Below, one piece after another: positions 1 to 12,029 of a stretch of 64,000 bases of DNA. The DNA comes from Octopus vulgaris (lineage: Eukaryota): positions 26,164,001 to 26,228,000 of the forward strand of contig OX597838.1 of NCBI GenBank assembly GCA_951406725.2, read 5' to 3'. The translations under genes and the position numbers were made by a program. The notes beneath the pieces were generated by a model. The model did no database searches and was not told the origin of the DNA. It was given only the letters and a program-made list of their open reading frames with translations. Every line of letters begins with the position of its first letter. Within the stretch, counting starts at the first letter, position 1.

Positions 1-547
1 TTACATGGTATTGTTTATCGCTTTATGTGTGCTTCGAGAGTCACAATTCCAATAAGTTAAATGAACTATTTTACATTCTCTTGAAAGTTTATAAAATTCT
101 TATGACATCAACAATACATATATATATACTATATAAATATATACAAATGCGCGTGTATGTGTGTGGTGTGAGTATGTGTATGCGTGGAGGGGGGGGGGGC
201 GTATGTGCGTTTAAACTGTTTGACTCTGACAGTTATAACAGAACAAATGAAATTCGTCCAGGAACATTTTACTTTTAAGACGAACGTCTACTGTGCGGAC
301 AATGACTTTTTACATACATAATTGTGTGTATGCGTGTGTGTGTGTGCATGCGCGCGAGAGAGAGTATATGGAAGAATGTGTGTGTGTGTGTGTGTGTGTG
401 TACACTTGTCATAGAAATCTATAGAATATTCTAAAAAGAAACGTTAGTGTCATATTATGACAGCACATAAATTTGAGATCTCACACGTGGTCGGTTGATG
501 GTATATGGTCACAGATTTATGTGTGAGCGAGTGTGCCTATATATATG

Positions 548-603
<56 letters not shown>

Positions 604-617
604 CATACATACATACA

Positions 618-653
<36 letters not shown>

Positions 654-1444
654 TGTGTGTGTGTGTGTGTTTATATGTATGTATATACAGAGACAGAATT
701 ATGTGCGTTTGACAAGCTTTTTCAAGATAGTGGTCTGTTTGATTGTCTATGTTTATCAATATGCGTACGCATGTGTAAGCATGTATGGTCGCTTATATGC
801 ATACATGCATGCAGGTATGTATGCATATGCATGTGTCTATCTATATATGTATGTATGTATGCATATGCACACGCATACACATACATATATATTCATGCAT
901 ACATACACACAAACACACACACATATATATATATATACATATACACTTATGTATGTGTGTTTGAGTGTGTATATGTATGTACATATAAATATGTGTGTGG
1001 ATGCAGTTATTTGTCTACGTGTATATATATATGCATGTATATATATATGCAATTGATAATGTGCTGCGGTCCTATATATATGTTTGCATGCATGTGTGTT
1101 TGTGTGTGCGTGTGGAGGAGTGTCTAACTGTGTGTGTATGTGCATCATCGGTGTAAAGACAAACTGTTCGTTTGTCTATGCAAAGATTAGTTTATGCCAT
1201 TGATTTTATACGTAACCAAAACGGATTTTTAGATTTCTATGCAAAACTTCACACCTATCATCTCACCTCTGTCTACTTTCAAATTTATGTATTGTCGTCA
1301 CGGGACGTGAATACTTTTTGGTGAGGTTTTTGCCGGATATTCAATCATCGTATAAGCTAAAAGTATAAAGACACCTTTTCAAATGATAACTTTACTTGGA
1401 AAACCTTTATATACGAAATTCGAACCCCCTTCAGTGACTTTCGA

Positions 1445-1624
1445 AGTGATTTGCTTCCCAAACGCATGGCTCCGGGTTCAGTCCCGCTGCGTGCCACCTT
1501 GAGCAAGTTTCTCCTACTATAGCTTCGGACCGACCAAAGCCTTCTGAGTGGATTGTGGATTTGGTAGACGGAAATTGAAAGAAGCTCGTCGTTTATACAC
1601 ACACACACACACACACACGCACGC

Positions 1625-1673
<49 letters not shown>

Positions 1674-1675
1674 CA

Positions 1676-1708
<33 letters not shown>

Positions 1709-1964
1709 TTATGTATGTATATACATGTCAATATTTATACGTGTGTCTTTGTTTGTCGTCCACACACCGCCATCGCTTGACAACTGATGTTGGTGTGTTT
1801 ATGTCCCTGTAACTCCTGTAACTTAGCGCTTCCGCAAAAGAGACCGATAGAAAAAGTACTAGGTTTGTAAAGAATGAGTCCTGGAGTCCATTTGTTCGAC
1901 TAAAACCCTTGAAGGCGGTGTGCTCCAGCATGACCGCTGTCAAATAACTGAAACAAGTAAAAGA

Positions 1965-1965
<1 letters not shown>
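1445..1965 (+). mobile_element. tRNA-derived SINE family A (internal microsatellite)
   Basis: B-box-like ggttcagtccc, accttgagcaag, internal (CA)/(TA) tract, 3' end ggcggtgtgctccagcatgaccgc...gaaacaagtaaaaga shared with many copies in the window. Confidence 0.85.
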
Positions 1966-2030
<65 letters not shown>

Positions 2031-2035
<5 letters not shown>

Positions 2036-2160
2036 TGCTGGAAATAGAAGTAAGACGAAAACTTTTTATGTTCGCCACCCGCACACTTCCTTGTCTCTAA
2101 ACATTCAGTGAAGCATAACATAGCGTCGTACGGTTATCGATAGCTATTTCCAGCAAACAT
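2031..2160. repeat. 130-bp element with perfect 17-bp terminal inverted repeats
   Basis: atgtttgctggaaatag (2031-2047) / ctatttccagcaaacat (2144-2160), between (TA)n tracts. Confidence 0.6.
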
Positions 2161-2180
2161 TGGTGCTTTGTTGTGTCACC

Positions 2181-2239
<59 letters not shown>

Positions 2240-2240
<1 letters not shown>

Positions 2241-2430
2241 TTAATCCAAACAAGAAAACACAAAAAAAAACACAACGACGCGAGGGACGTGGAACAAATA
2301 TAGTATTATTGGACGCTCAGGAAAGAAGGAGGGTTTAACGTTTCGAGCGGAGCTCTTCGTCGGAAACATAGGAGAAGGAAAGATCCAGAGAAGGGAAGAC
2401 AGAGGAAAAAAATCGCCAACGGTACACACG
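2240..2430 (-). mobile_element. Short (TA)n-anchored repeat family F1, probable Penelope-like pLTR remnant
   Basis: Homologous to 4705-4915, 25500-25680, 37816-37985 and 50566-50722; carries a hammerhead-like motif. Confidence 0.6.
2333..2367 (-). ncRNA. Minimal hammerhead-like motif, U4C core
   Basis: Minus strand: gttt CCGACGA A GAGC tcc GCTC GAAA CG TT aaac. Confidence 0.55.
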
Positions 2431-2728
2431 AGGTCACATTTTGAAAGACCGGAAGGAAAAGGGTGAAGAAAGATGTTTTCAAAGACAGAAGAGTAGTATA
2501 GTCAAAGACAGCGGAATGTTAGGAGGGGGGGAATGTGTGTGTAAGTGTGGATGTGTGCGTGCGCGGAGGTCTGTGTGTGCGTGTGTATGTATGTGTGCAA
2601 TGATGACACGTGTGTGTGCGTGTGTGTGTGTTTGTGTGTGTGGTTGTAGCTGTAAACAACAGGCTAGTAGTAAGGCTGGCTAGTTTGTAAGAATAAGGAG
2701 TGGTGTTTTTGTCCCTGCCACAGGTCAG

Positions 2729-2788
<60 letters not shown>

Positions 2789-3884
2789 GCATAAAACGAT
2801 TTGGGCTCTCTTTTATCTCGTTTATAAAACCAAACGTATGTTACTATATGTAATATGCATTTATTTTCCTGTACAGATGTTTGTCTGTACTCTATTTACT
2901 TAAAAATAAACAAGCGATCAGAAAAGCATAAATATTATTACTCAGTATATCATAATACATTTTTCTGAACCATTTATTTTTTATCCTACACCTACCGTTT
3001 ATCTGAAAAAAATTTTCTTAAATACTTGAAATGTTATCATAAAAGCTACACATTTCTATTCGGTATTACATTCAATTGTCTTCCCTTTTCTTAGATAGTT
3101 GCTCAATTCTGCCGCTAGAAATATGCTTATCCACCTACCCACTTCAATGTCTAGCAAGTTCTCGGCTTCTTAATGCAACATTCTTTTAATAAGAAGAATT
3201 ACAGGAGCAATATTCATTGAAAACTGACTCCTCACTAATTTTCGTTCCGTACTTAGATGATTCTAATATTTTGTTTATTTCTTTATCTCTAAACCATAAT
3301 AAAGAATGTGCTTATTAATTAGTTATGAGCATGTTAATTTTATTAAAAGAAAGTAATTGTTAAAGTCTGCACCTTATAGAAAAATTTTTTTAATTATATT
3401 TTTTTTATTTTTTAAAATCAAAATGTCTTTTCAAAATACTTTTATTGCTGAATATTCCAATTACAGGCATCAGTCAGGGAACTGAGTTTAATTCACCGCA
3501 AGATAACGTTTTTATAACACAGCAGGATATTAAACAATCTTTCTCTCTCTCTCTCTCCCTCCCTCCCTCTCTCTCTCTCTCTCTCTCTCGCTCTTTCTTT
3601 CTCTCGCTCTCATACACTTCAAGACAATGAAACAATTTATAAATATTTATATTCTGTTTATATTTCTTCTGGAAAGATAAAGGTTGCCTAAATATGTGCA
3701 ACGCTACTTCCTCCAAACATATCAGTAAAAAACATTTCTCTAAATTGTGAGTTTGATCCAGAGTCAGCCAAATTGTGTTGGCTTCAGTAACCTTTCATAT
3801 TTGTTGGGTGTTATTGAAGAAAATGGTTGCGATCCACTTCCATGAATTGCACCAAATATAATCTTGTTTCATTAATGAGAACAT

Positions 3885-4100
3885 TTTAGGCAACGAACTG
3901 ACAGAATCATTGACACTCCGGACAAAAAGCTTAGCATCATTTCGTCCGTCTTTACGTTCTGAGTTCAAATTCCGTCGAGGTAAACTTAACATTTCATCTT
4001 CTCGAGGATAAAATAAGTACCAGTCAAATACTGGAGTCGATGTAATCGACTTCCCCCTCCCCTCAAAATTGGTGATCTATACCAAAATTTTGAAACCATC
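3885..4100 (+). mobile_element. SINE family B, short-tail variant (diverged)
   Basis: gttctgagttcaaattccgtcgagg...gtcgatgtaatcgact...aaaattttgaaacc. Confidence 0.75.
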
Positions 4101-4312
4101 AACGGGGACATTTCTTATTGAAACATTTCCACTCTCTATTGAAATGCAAAAACGTGAAGAATATTTAAATTCCTTGGTTTTCTTCTATGAGTTCCCACCA
4201 CATGGCTTTAGTCTTAAAATAGGAATAGAATATCATATTCTCCCTAACCTCTATCCACAATCTCTATTCAATGGTACAATAAGACTGACTGCACACATAC
4301 GTATGTGTATGC

Positions 4313-4380
<68 letters not shown>

Positions 4381-4381
<1 letters not shown>

Positions 4382-4618
4382 AAAGGAAATGAAGAAAATG
4401 CTGACAAAATAATTTAAGTAATTTAAGTAATTTAATTAGGTGAAAGTTCTTTTTACCGGTTGCGCATTTGTTATGTTTATCAAAAGTTTTTTCCTCAGAT
4501 AAGAGGAAAAAACTTTTGATAAGCATAACAAATGCGCAACCGGTAAAAAGAACTTTCACCTAATTAAATTACTTAAATTACTTAAATTATTTTGTCAGCA
4601 TTTTCTTCATTTCCTTTT
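4381..4618. mobile_element. Near-perfect 238-bp palindrome (116-bp arms, 6-nt loop) next to (TA)n
   Basis: Arms 4381-4496 and 4503-4618 are reverse complements with one mismatch; each arm holds a hammerhead-like motif. Confidence 0.85.
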
Positions 4619-4704
4619 TATATATCACAACTCGTGTTCCACATCTCCTTTTTTAAATATATATATATATATATATATACACACACTGAGTCAGTTCAGA
4701 TAAA

Positions 4705-4915
4705 TTAACGATTCAAATAAACAGATATAAAAAGGAAAAAAGAGAAGGAAACAACGAACTTGAGGATATGCACAAGAAATATTTTAGCTTGACGCTCGGT
4801 GAAAGGAGAGAGTTTGATGTTTCGTGTATTAGCTCTTTGTTGGAAAGGAGAAAGAGGACAACCCAAAGAAGGAGGAGAAGAAGAAATCGCCAACGGACCA
4901 CGTGAAGTTACATTG
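4705..4915 (-). mobile_element. Family F1 copy, decayed
   Basis: Aligns by eye with 2240-2430; core reads CCAACAA (double CpG decay of CCGACGA). Confidence 0.5.
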
Positions 4916-5039
4916 CTGAGCTACATATATATAAAGTAGAACGAGAAATAGAAAGTCCTCGGCACAGTATTATATATTTGAAAAAAATGAATAAAAATGG
5001 CTTTTCTGATAATTTTTCCACTTTAATAATTAGATGTTT

Positions 5040-5377
5040 ACTCTTTTACTCTTTTACTTGTTTCAGACATTTGACTGTGGCCATGCTGGAGCACCGCCTT
5101 TAGTGTAACATATCGACTCCATTACTTATTCTTTGAAAGCCTAGTATTTATTCTATCGGGGACGTAAACACACCACCATCGGTTGCCAAGTGATGTTGGG
5201 GGGACACACAGACACAAATATATACACACACATAATACATACATACATACATACCTACTCACAAGGCTTTGGTCCGCCCGAGGCTGTAGTACAAAGCACT
5301 TGCCCAAGGTGCCACGCAGTGGGAATGAACCCGGTACCATGTGGTTGGTAAGCAAGCTAATTACCATATAGCCACTA
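5040..5377 (-). mobile_element. SINE family A, internally deleted
   Basis: cttttacttgtttcag...ggccatgctggagcaccgcc; head cacttgcccaaggtgccacgcagtggga. Confidence 0.85.
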
Positions 5378-5529
5378 TAAATTATTTGGTGTTAATTTAT
5401 AAACTTCTAATTATTAAAGTGGAAAAATTCTGTCATCTTTTCTAGGCTCCACCAACCAATGACATACAGCTATGTACTTCGTATCTAGAATCACTATAAC
5501 AACTGGTAGTGTTTCACGTCTTATATCCT

Positions 5530-7500
5530 TAACAACCACCAACACCAATACCAACCACCAGTACCATCACCAGTGCCATCAACAACACCAATTACCAACC
5601 ACATATACCACCACCGACATCGCCACCACCACCATCACAGCCGTCGCCACCACCACCACGGACATCACCACGAGAAACATCATCATCACCACCAGCATTG
5701 CCACAATTGTCAACAGCATCGGCACCACCGCCGCTACCGCCATCACCGTTGCCACCTCCAACGCAATCACACCCATCACCGCCACCACCGTCACTCCAAC
5801 AATACCACCACCACCACCACCTCCTCCAACACTATCATTTCCACCATCGCCAGCAACAACACAAACTCTACCACTACAAGCACGCACACCACCTCGACTC
5901 ACCATCACCACCATCTCCACCAGTGCCACCAACACTGTCATCGACGTGATGGCCGTGAGATAATTGGTTGCTCCGCCTCTACTAACAATCCTCAGCGTCA
6001 CAAGCTCGTCACTAACAACATCAAGCACATCACCAACACGAGCGCCATCTGTACAATAACTTCTCCAGCGACACCAATGTCATTATGGCAAATGCCACTC
6101 TCACCTCCACCACCACTACCACTACCAGCAACAACAACAACAACAACAGCAACACATTTATCACCACCATCGCTATCAATAACTCCAGCAGAAGCAAATC
6201 ACTACCACCGCCACCGCCACAACCGCCACCATTAATACCACCACCACTACCACCGTTACAACAACCATAACCGCCATCACCACCAACACCATCACCACCA
6301 CCACGGCAACAACAAGTACTACCACCACCACCTCCACTACCACCACCACCACTAACACCTACAACAACAACAACCACCACCACTACCACCACCAGCACTA
6401 CCACCACCACCACAACCTCCGTCACAACAACCACCACCACCACTACCACCACCAGCACTACCACCACCACCACTACCACCACCACCACTACAACCACCAC
6501 CACTACCACCACCACCACTACCACCGCCACAACAACCACCACCACCACCACTATTACCGACAATAACAACGTCAATACCAACATTCCATCACCCTACTAC
6601 TACCACCGCCACCACAACATTACTATTGCCAACCGTCAACGTTAAGACCATCGCCTGCCACTACCACCACCACCACCACCACCACAACAACAACAACAAC
6701 AACAACAACCACAGCAACACTGTTCATTGGACCTGCTGCTAGAAATAACAGCCAAGTCTCCCACAAAACACACTACCGCTATCAAAACCATCACCAAATA
6801 TCACCGACAACATCAACAGCAACCATCCACCACCGCCACTACCGTCATTAGCTGAAGCACCAGAATCACCACCACCACCACTACCACCACCACCACCACT
6901 ACTACCATTGCTACCATCGCAATGACCATTTCCTGTGATAGCTGCAGCGGCAACTGTTTGCTGCAACTATCGTTGCAATAGTCAACCTGTGTTGTGTCTA
7001 TACAGTGATAATTTGCGCGGATAATAGCAACAGCTGGTGGTGGTGGTGGTGGTGGTGGTGGTGGCGGTGGTGGTGGCGGCGGTGGTGGTGGTGGCGATGG
7101 TGGTGGTGATAATGAAGTCTGATGCTCTACTGCCTCAAACGTCCAGTTTTCTGATGATGATGATGATGTTCATGATCATAATCATGTTGATGGTGATGGT
7201 GATAATATGATAGTCAGGAGGAGGAGGGTGAGAAGAAGAAGGCAGAGGAGGGGAGGAGGAGGAAAAGAAGGGGAGGAGGAGAAGAAGATGATGATGATGA
7301 AGATGATGATGATGAAGATGACAATGATGATAATGATGAGGTGGAGGGGAAAAGTAAGAGGAGAAAAAATACGATGAAGAAGAGGTGGGCGAGAATGCTA
7401 CTCACGTCGACACACGCGGCGCTAACGGTGCTGTTGCTGCTGCTGTTGCTACTGCTGCTGCTGTTGATGAAGATGATGATGATGATGATGATGGCGATTA
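5530..7500. repeat. Degenerate trinucleotide low-complexity tract (CAC/CAA/GGT/GAT/GAG)
   Basis: Poly-Thr/His/Pro/Val translations in all frames. Confidence 0.85.
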
Positions 7501-7667
7501 GTTTCTATCTCAGGTGCAAGGTCGAATATCAGCCAATAATATCGAACTGCAGTTAATGACTCTGGGTTTTTATATGTCATTAATCCTACAAAGGTGTAAA
7601 GCAAAATTTGACCACGACAGGATTTGAACTCTTAACCTCATAAGTATTTTGTCTGCCATTAAACTGG

Positions 7668-7965
7668 CTCTCCGTCGATAACGACGATGAGGGTTCCAGT
7701 TGACCCAATCAACGCAACGTGGAATTAACGTGCAAGTGGCTGAGTACTCCACAGACTCGCGTACCTTTAACATAGTTCCCAGGGAGATTCAGCGTTACAT
7801 GTTATGTGACAAGGCTGGCCCCCTTTTGAATTACAGGTACACCTCATTTTTGCCAGCTGAACGTGAAATAAAGTGTCTTGCTCAAGGACACAATGCATCG
7901 CCGAATATCGAACTCACGACCTCGCGCTCGTGAACCGAAAACCCAAACCACTAAGCCACGCGCCG
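7668..7965 (-). mobile_element. tRNA-derived SINE family E (head shared with family D)
   Basis: Minus: gcgcgtggcttagtggtt...gagttcgat...gtgtccttgagcaagacactttatttcacgt, then a body different from family D. Confidence 0.7.
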
Positions 7966-7983
7966 TTAAAGAACGACATGAAA

Positions 7984-8395
7984 TGTTAGGAATCGGCTGC
8001 GCCCGTACAAGAGACTGTTGGAAAGAAGGTGGATAATCTTGTGGGAGTCTACCAAATCAGTTGCCAGACGTCGGAGCTTTAATGTGGTCATGCCCAGGGA
8101 AGCAACACGTTCAGAGTATGGTAGATGCCTGACGACGGGTATTCGTCTCGTTCAGGCACGTACCGTCTGTAATTACTCAGGGTAGATAGATGGCGACCTT
8201 TATAGAGTAAAACACAAAAAATGAACGAAACACAGGCGCACGACTGAGTTGGGGTCAGATTTACTTCTGCCTTTATAGCGCGTAAAGAAAACGTTGTTGT
8301 AGGAGTGTACGCAGCATGTGTACTACAGCAGTACTATGTGTAGCTTTAATACTGAGATTGAAAGGCAGGGGTGAATTATGCCTACCTAATCTACA
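7984..8395. mobile_element. Possible solo LTR
   Basis: About 410 bp of non-simple sequence bounded by tgttagg...cctaatctaca (TG...CA); TSD unconvincing. Confidence 0.25.
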
Positions 8396-8427
8396 AAAAA
8401 AATAAAGCATTTTGCATTTTATGCAAT

Positions 8428-8588
8428 CAGGAGTGGCTGTGTGGTAAGTAGCTTGCTAACCAACCACATGGTTCCGGGTTCAATCCCACTGCGTGGCATC
8501 TTGGGCAAGTGTCTTCTGCTATAGCCCCGGGCCGACCAATGCCTTGTGAGTGGATTTAGTAGACGGAAACTGAAAGAAGCCTGTCGTA

Positions 8589-8633
<45 letters not shown>

Positions 8634-8785
8634 TTGTGTGTCTGTGTTTGTCCCCTAGCATTGCTTGACAACAGATGCTGGTGTGTTTACGTCCCCGTCA
8701 CTTAGCGGTTTGGCAAAAAGAGACTGATAGAATAAGTACTGGGCTTACAAAAAGAATAAGTCCCGGGGTCGAGTTGCTCGACTAC
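8428..8785 (+). mobile_element. SINE family A, 3'-truncated
   Basis: caggagtggctgtgtggtaagtagcttgc head, internal (TA)n, ends at ggggtcgagttgctcgacta. Confidence 0.9.
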
Positions 8786-8980
8786 TGACTGGTGATGCAA
8801 ACTCCAAGTGTGGACTATCGTAGCCATATACAGCTTTAAATAGATAACTGGAGGGCGGATGACAAAGGTCTTACTGAGTGATGCTAAGACACCCTTAGCC
8901 TTCTTGATTATTTTAGAGATGTGGTTTGTCCAACGCAAATCACTGTTGACAATAATGCTCAGGTCACGTTCACGAACAGT
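8786..8980 (-). pseudogene. CR1-like LINE reverse transcriptase C-terminal fragment
   Basis: Minus translation RERDLSIIVNSDLRWTNHISKIIKKAKGVLASLSKTF...LKLY, typical of the CR1-group RT thumb region. Confidence 0.75.
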
Positions 8981-9274
8981 TCAATTCAGGAATTGTTTAT
9001 GGAATTTGCGTAGGCGTTATACTGAAAGACATTAGTGACAAGGTTAAGGGATGGAAGGTGGAGAAGTAGAAGAAGAAGAAGAAGATGACGATGTTGATGA
9101 TGATGATGATGAAGAAGAAGAAGAAGAAGGAGAAGGAGAAGATGATGGTGATGGAACACACAAGTGCAAACAAGGGAGTCAGAGAAAGGCAGAATGCTAC
9201 TTATATCTGAACACTACTATAGAAATATTCTTTTAAAAAAACTTTTCTTCTAATTTTTCTAAATTTAATTATTT

Positions 9275-9327
9275 AATCGTTACAGTTGAAAAGGTCTCAA
9301 AATGACCGAAACCGGTACTGAAAGATT
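9275..9327 (+). ncRNA. Minimal type-I hammerhead-like motif, U3-A8 core
   Basis: aatcgttacag TTGAAAA GGTC tcaaaat GACC GAAA CCGG TA ctgaaagatt. Confidence 0.7.
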
Positions 9328-9369
9328 CACTATAAAATTATCTTAGCATTTTCTATTTTTGACTTGTTT

Positions 9370-9418
<49 letters not shown>

Positions 9419-9499
9419 CATACACCCACATACATACATATATATAGGTAGATAGATAAATAGATATACATATTCATATACATATGCACGAAGGGGTGT

Positions 9500-9725
9500 T
9501 TGTGCCCCCCCTCACCTCTTGAAAACCAGTTCTATTTTACTTACGCCGCTGATTTACAAATTAGCCTTTTGGAAAAGGAGGCCGACTGAATAAGTATCAA
9601 ACCTTTAAAATAAGTACTGGTGGGGGGGGCATTCGATCGACTAAACCCTTCGAGGCGGTGCCCCAGCATGGCCGCAGTCTCGTGACTGGAACAAATAAAA
9701 GGTAACAACAAATAACAGATAAAAG
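9500..9725 (+). mobile_element. SINE family A 3' half, diverged
   Basis: aataagtact...cccttcgaggcggtgccccagcatggccgcagtc. Confidence 0.7.
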
Positions 9726-9759
9726 ATTTTCGCGGTGCACAAAAGAGAGCCGAAACCTA

Positions 9760-10330
9760 AAAACAAGATAATAGGTGTCATTACTGTAGGTGTTTCAGTA
9801 ATAAGCTACGGTTATAGCGATCTCATTTGGAAGCTAAGTGAATTAGCAAGACTGTAACGGGGAAACGTCGTTCAATAATGAAAGCATGTAACATTCAGCA
9901 CCTAAAAGCCGACACAGAAAGATTACATTTGTCGTGAATAGAAACAGTTGAAAGCTATTGTAAGATATCCTACTGTAAGACTTCGAAAATATTGTGCAAA
10001 CAATGGAGGAGAATTATTAGATATAGCTAGAAAAACATGAATAAAACAACAATAACAACAACAGCAACTGCTTTTTCCCGTTTTCGAGAAGGCTAACAAA
10101 TGTATGAAACGAGGCTGCGATAACGGACGTTTGTGAGGAGAAAAATACGAGCAACAATAGGAAGTATTATAAAACTATAATAAATGCTAATTTAACAACG
10201 AGACAACAGAATGTCAGGCTAAGATATTAACAAGATTGGCGAAAGCGGAAGTTTAGAAACCAAATAATCAGCAATGGTTGTGAGAAATCTAGGCTGAAAG
10301 CTAAGGCCGGAGGATTGATTGCTGTTATCG
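9760..10330 (+). pseudogene. R4/Dong-like non-LTR retrotransposon remnant
   Basis: Frameshifted VSVISYGY...WKLSEL...IQHLKADTERLHL...SRLKAKAGGLI, homologous to HHPKTDIERLYLPR and SGLKSETEGFI at 41.6-42.3 kb. Confidence 0.6.
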
Positions 10331-10341
10331 TCATTATTATT

Positions 10342-11053
10342 GAGGCGGCGAGCTGGCAGAATCATTAGCATGCCGGGCGACAATGCTTAGCGGTATTTCG
10401 TCTGCGGTTACGTTCTGAGTTCAAATTCCGTCGAGGTCGACTTTGCCTTTCATCCCTTTCAGGGTCGATAAATTAAGTACCAGTTACGCACTGGGGTCGA
10501 TGTAATCGACTTAATACCTATGACTGTCCTTGTTTGTCCCCTCTGTGTTTAGCCCCTTGTGGGTAATGGGTAATAAAGAAATAGGTATTTCGTCTGCGGT
10601 TACGTTCTGAGTTCAAATTTCGCCGAGGTCGACTTTGCCTTTCATCCTTTCGGGGTCGATAAATTAAGTACCAGTTACGCATTGGGGTCGATGTAATCGA
10701 CTTAATACCTATGTCTGTCCTTGTTTGTCCCTTCTATGTTTAGTCCCTTGTGGGTAATAAAGAAATAAGTATTTCGTCTGCGGTTACGTTCTGAGTTCAA
10801 ATTCCGTCGAGGTCGACTTTGCCTTTCATCCCTTTCTCTATGTTTGTATGTATGTATGTATATATATGTATGTATTGATAAAATGAGTACCAGTTGTATG
10901 TATGTATGTATGTATATATGTATGTATGTATGTTTGTATGTATGTATGTATATATATGTATGTATTGATAAAATGAGTACTAGTTGAAAACTGGGGTTGA
11001 TGTAATCGACTAGTCCCCTCCCCCAAAACTTCAACCTTGTGTCTATAATAGAA

Positions 11054-11055
<2 letters not shown>
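10342..11055 (+). mobile_element. SINE family B tandem cluster (one head, three body units, short-variant tail), followed by (TTA)n
   Basis: Head ggcggcgagctggcagaatc; junctions aaagaaata-(g/a)gtatttcgtc at about 10575 and 10759. Confidence 0.9.
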
Positions 11056-11112
<57 letters not shown>

Positions 11113-11503
11113 TCCTTTCGGGGGTCGATGAAATAAGTATCAGTTACACGCTGGCGTTGATGAAATCGACTTATCGCCTTGTGCTTATAGTAGAAATGAT
11201 TACTATTTGTGATGATTATAATGATGATGATGATGATGATGACGGTAAGGACGAACGATGGGTTTGTGTCTGTGCATGTATGTGCGCGTATGTAATTGTT
11301 TATATGTTTATAAAACGTGCATCTTATTCTGTGTGTGCGTGCGTGTGTGTGCATACGCGCCAGTGAATATTCGTATGATTATACGCGTTCCTCATTTGTA
11401 TCATATAAACATCATATCTGGTTGATACTGTACATGTGCTGTACATACATAAATGTACACACACACACACATACATACATACATACATACATACATACAT
11501 ACA

Positions 11504-11534
<31 letters not shown>

Positions 11535-12029
11535 TCATATAAAACTTGATCATTTTAATATCACTTTAATCCAACTACGAACAAATGTACCGAAGAAAAG
11601 TGTATATTTTCGTACGTTATTCAAAATGGCCACCACCAAGCTCAGTACGCAATCTGCATCATTTTACAATTTTACCACTACTAAAATCGAATTGCTCGAA
11701 TATTTTTCATGCCAATATATTCAAATATCTTTGAATTGAGCTGTAGGAGGTGGAGTTCACCCCCTGAAACCCATTTCGTATTGACTTGTGTGTGGATTTA
11801 AAAAAAAAAATAAATGTTGAATTGCCAGGTAAATGCGCTCGTTTCATTCCACTGTTATTTGAATTAATACGAAAGATATTTTTGTCGTAGTGTTTTATCT
11901 TTTACTATGATTCTGTAACTCTATTCTTCCTTTACAACGTTCAGAAATCGTTTTAGAAATTTGAATAAATTTTACATTTTTTCCAGACGTAAGATGGTGG
12001 AGCACCAAGTAGAAAAAAAAAAAACAACA

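Noticed and set aside
5472-6584. Mucin-like or His-rich ORFs
   Set aside because: Degenerate trinucleotide tract with no frame preference, domain or splice evidence.
10342-10835. CRISPR-like repeat array
   Set aside because: Units are about 185-bp SINE bodies with no unique spacers or cas genes; eukaryotic context.
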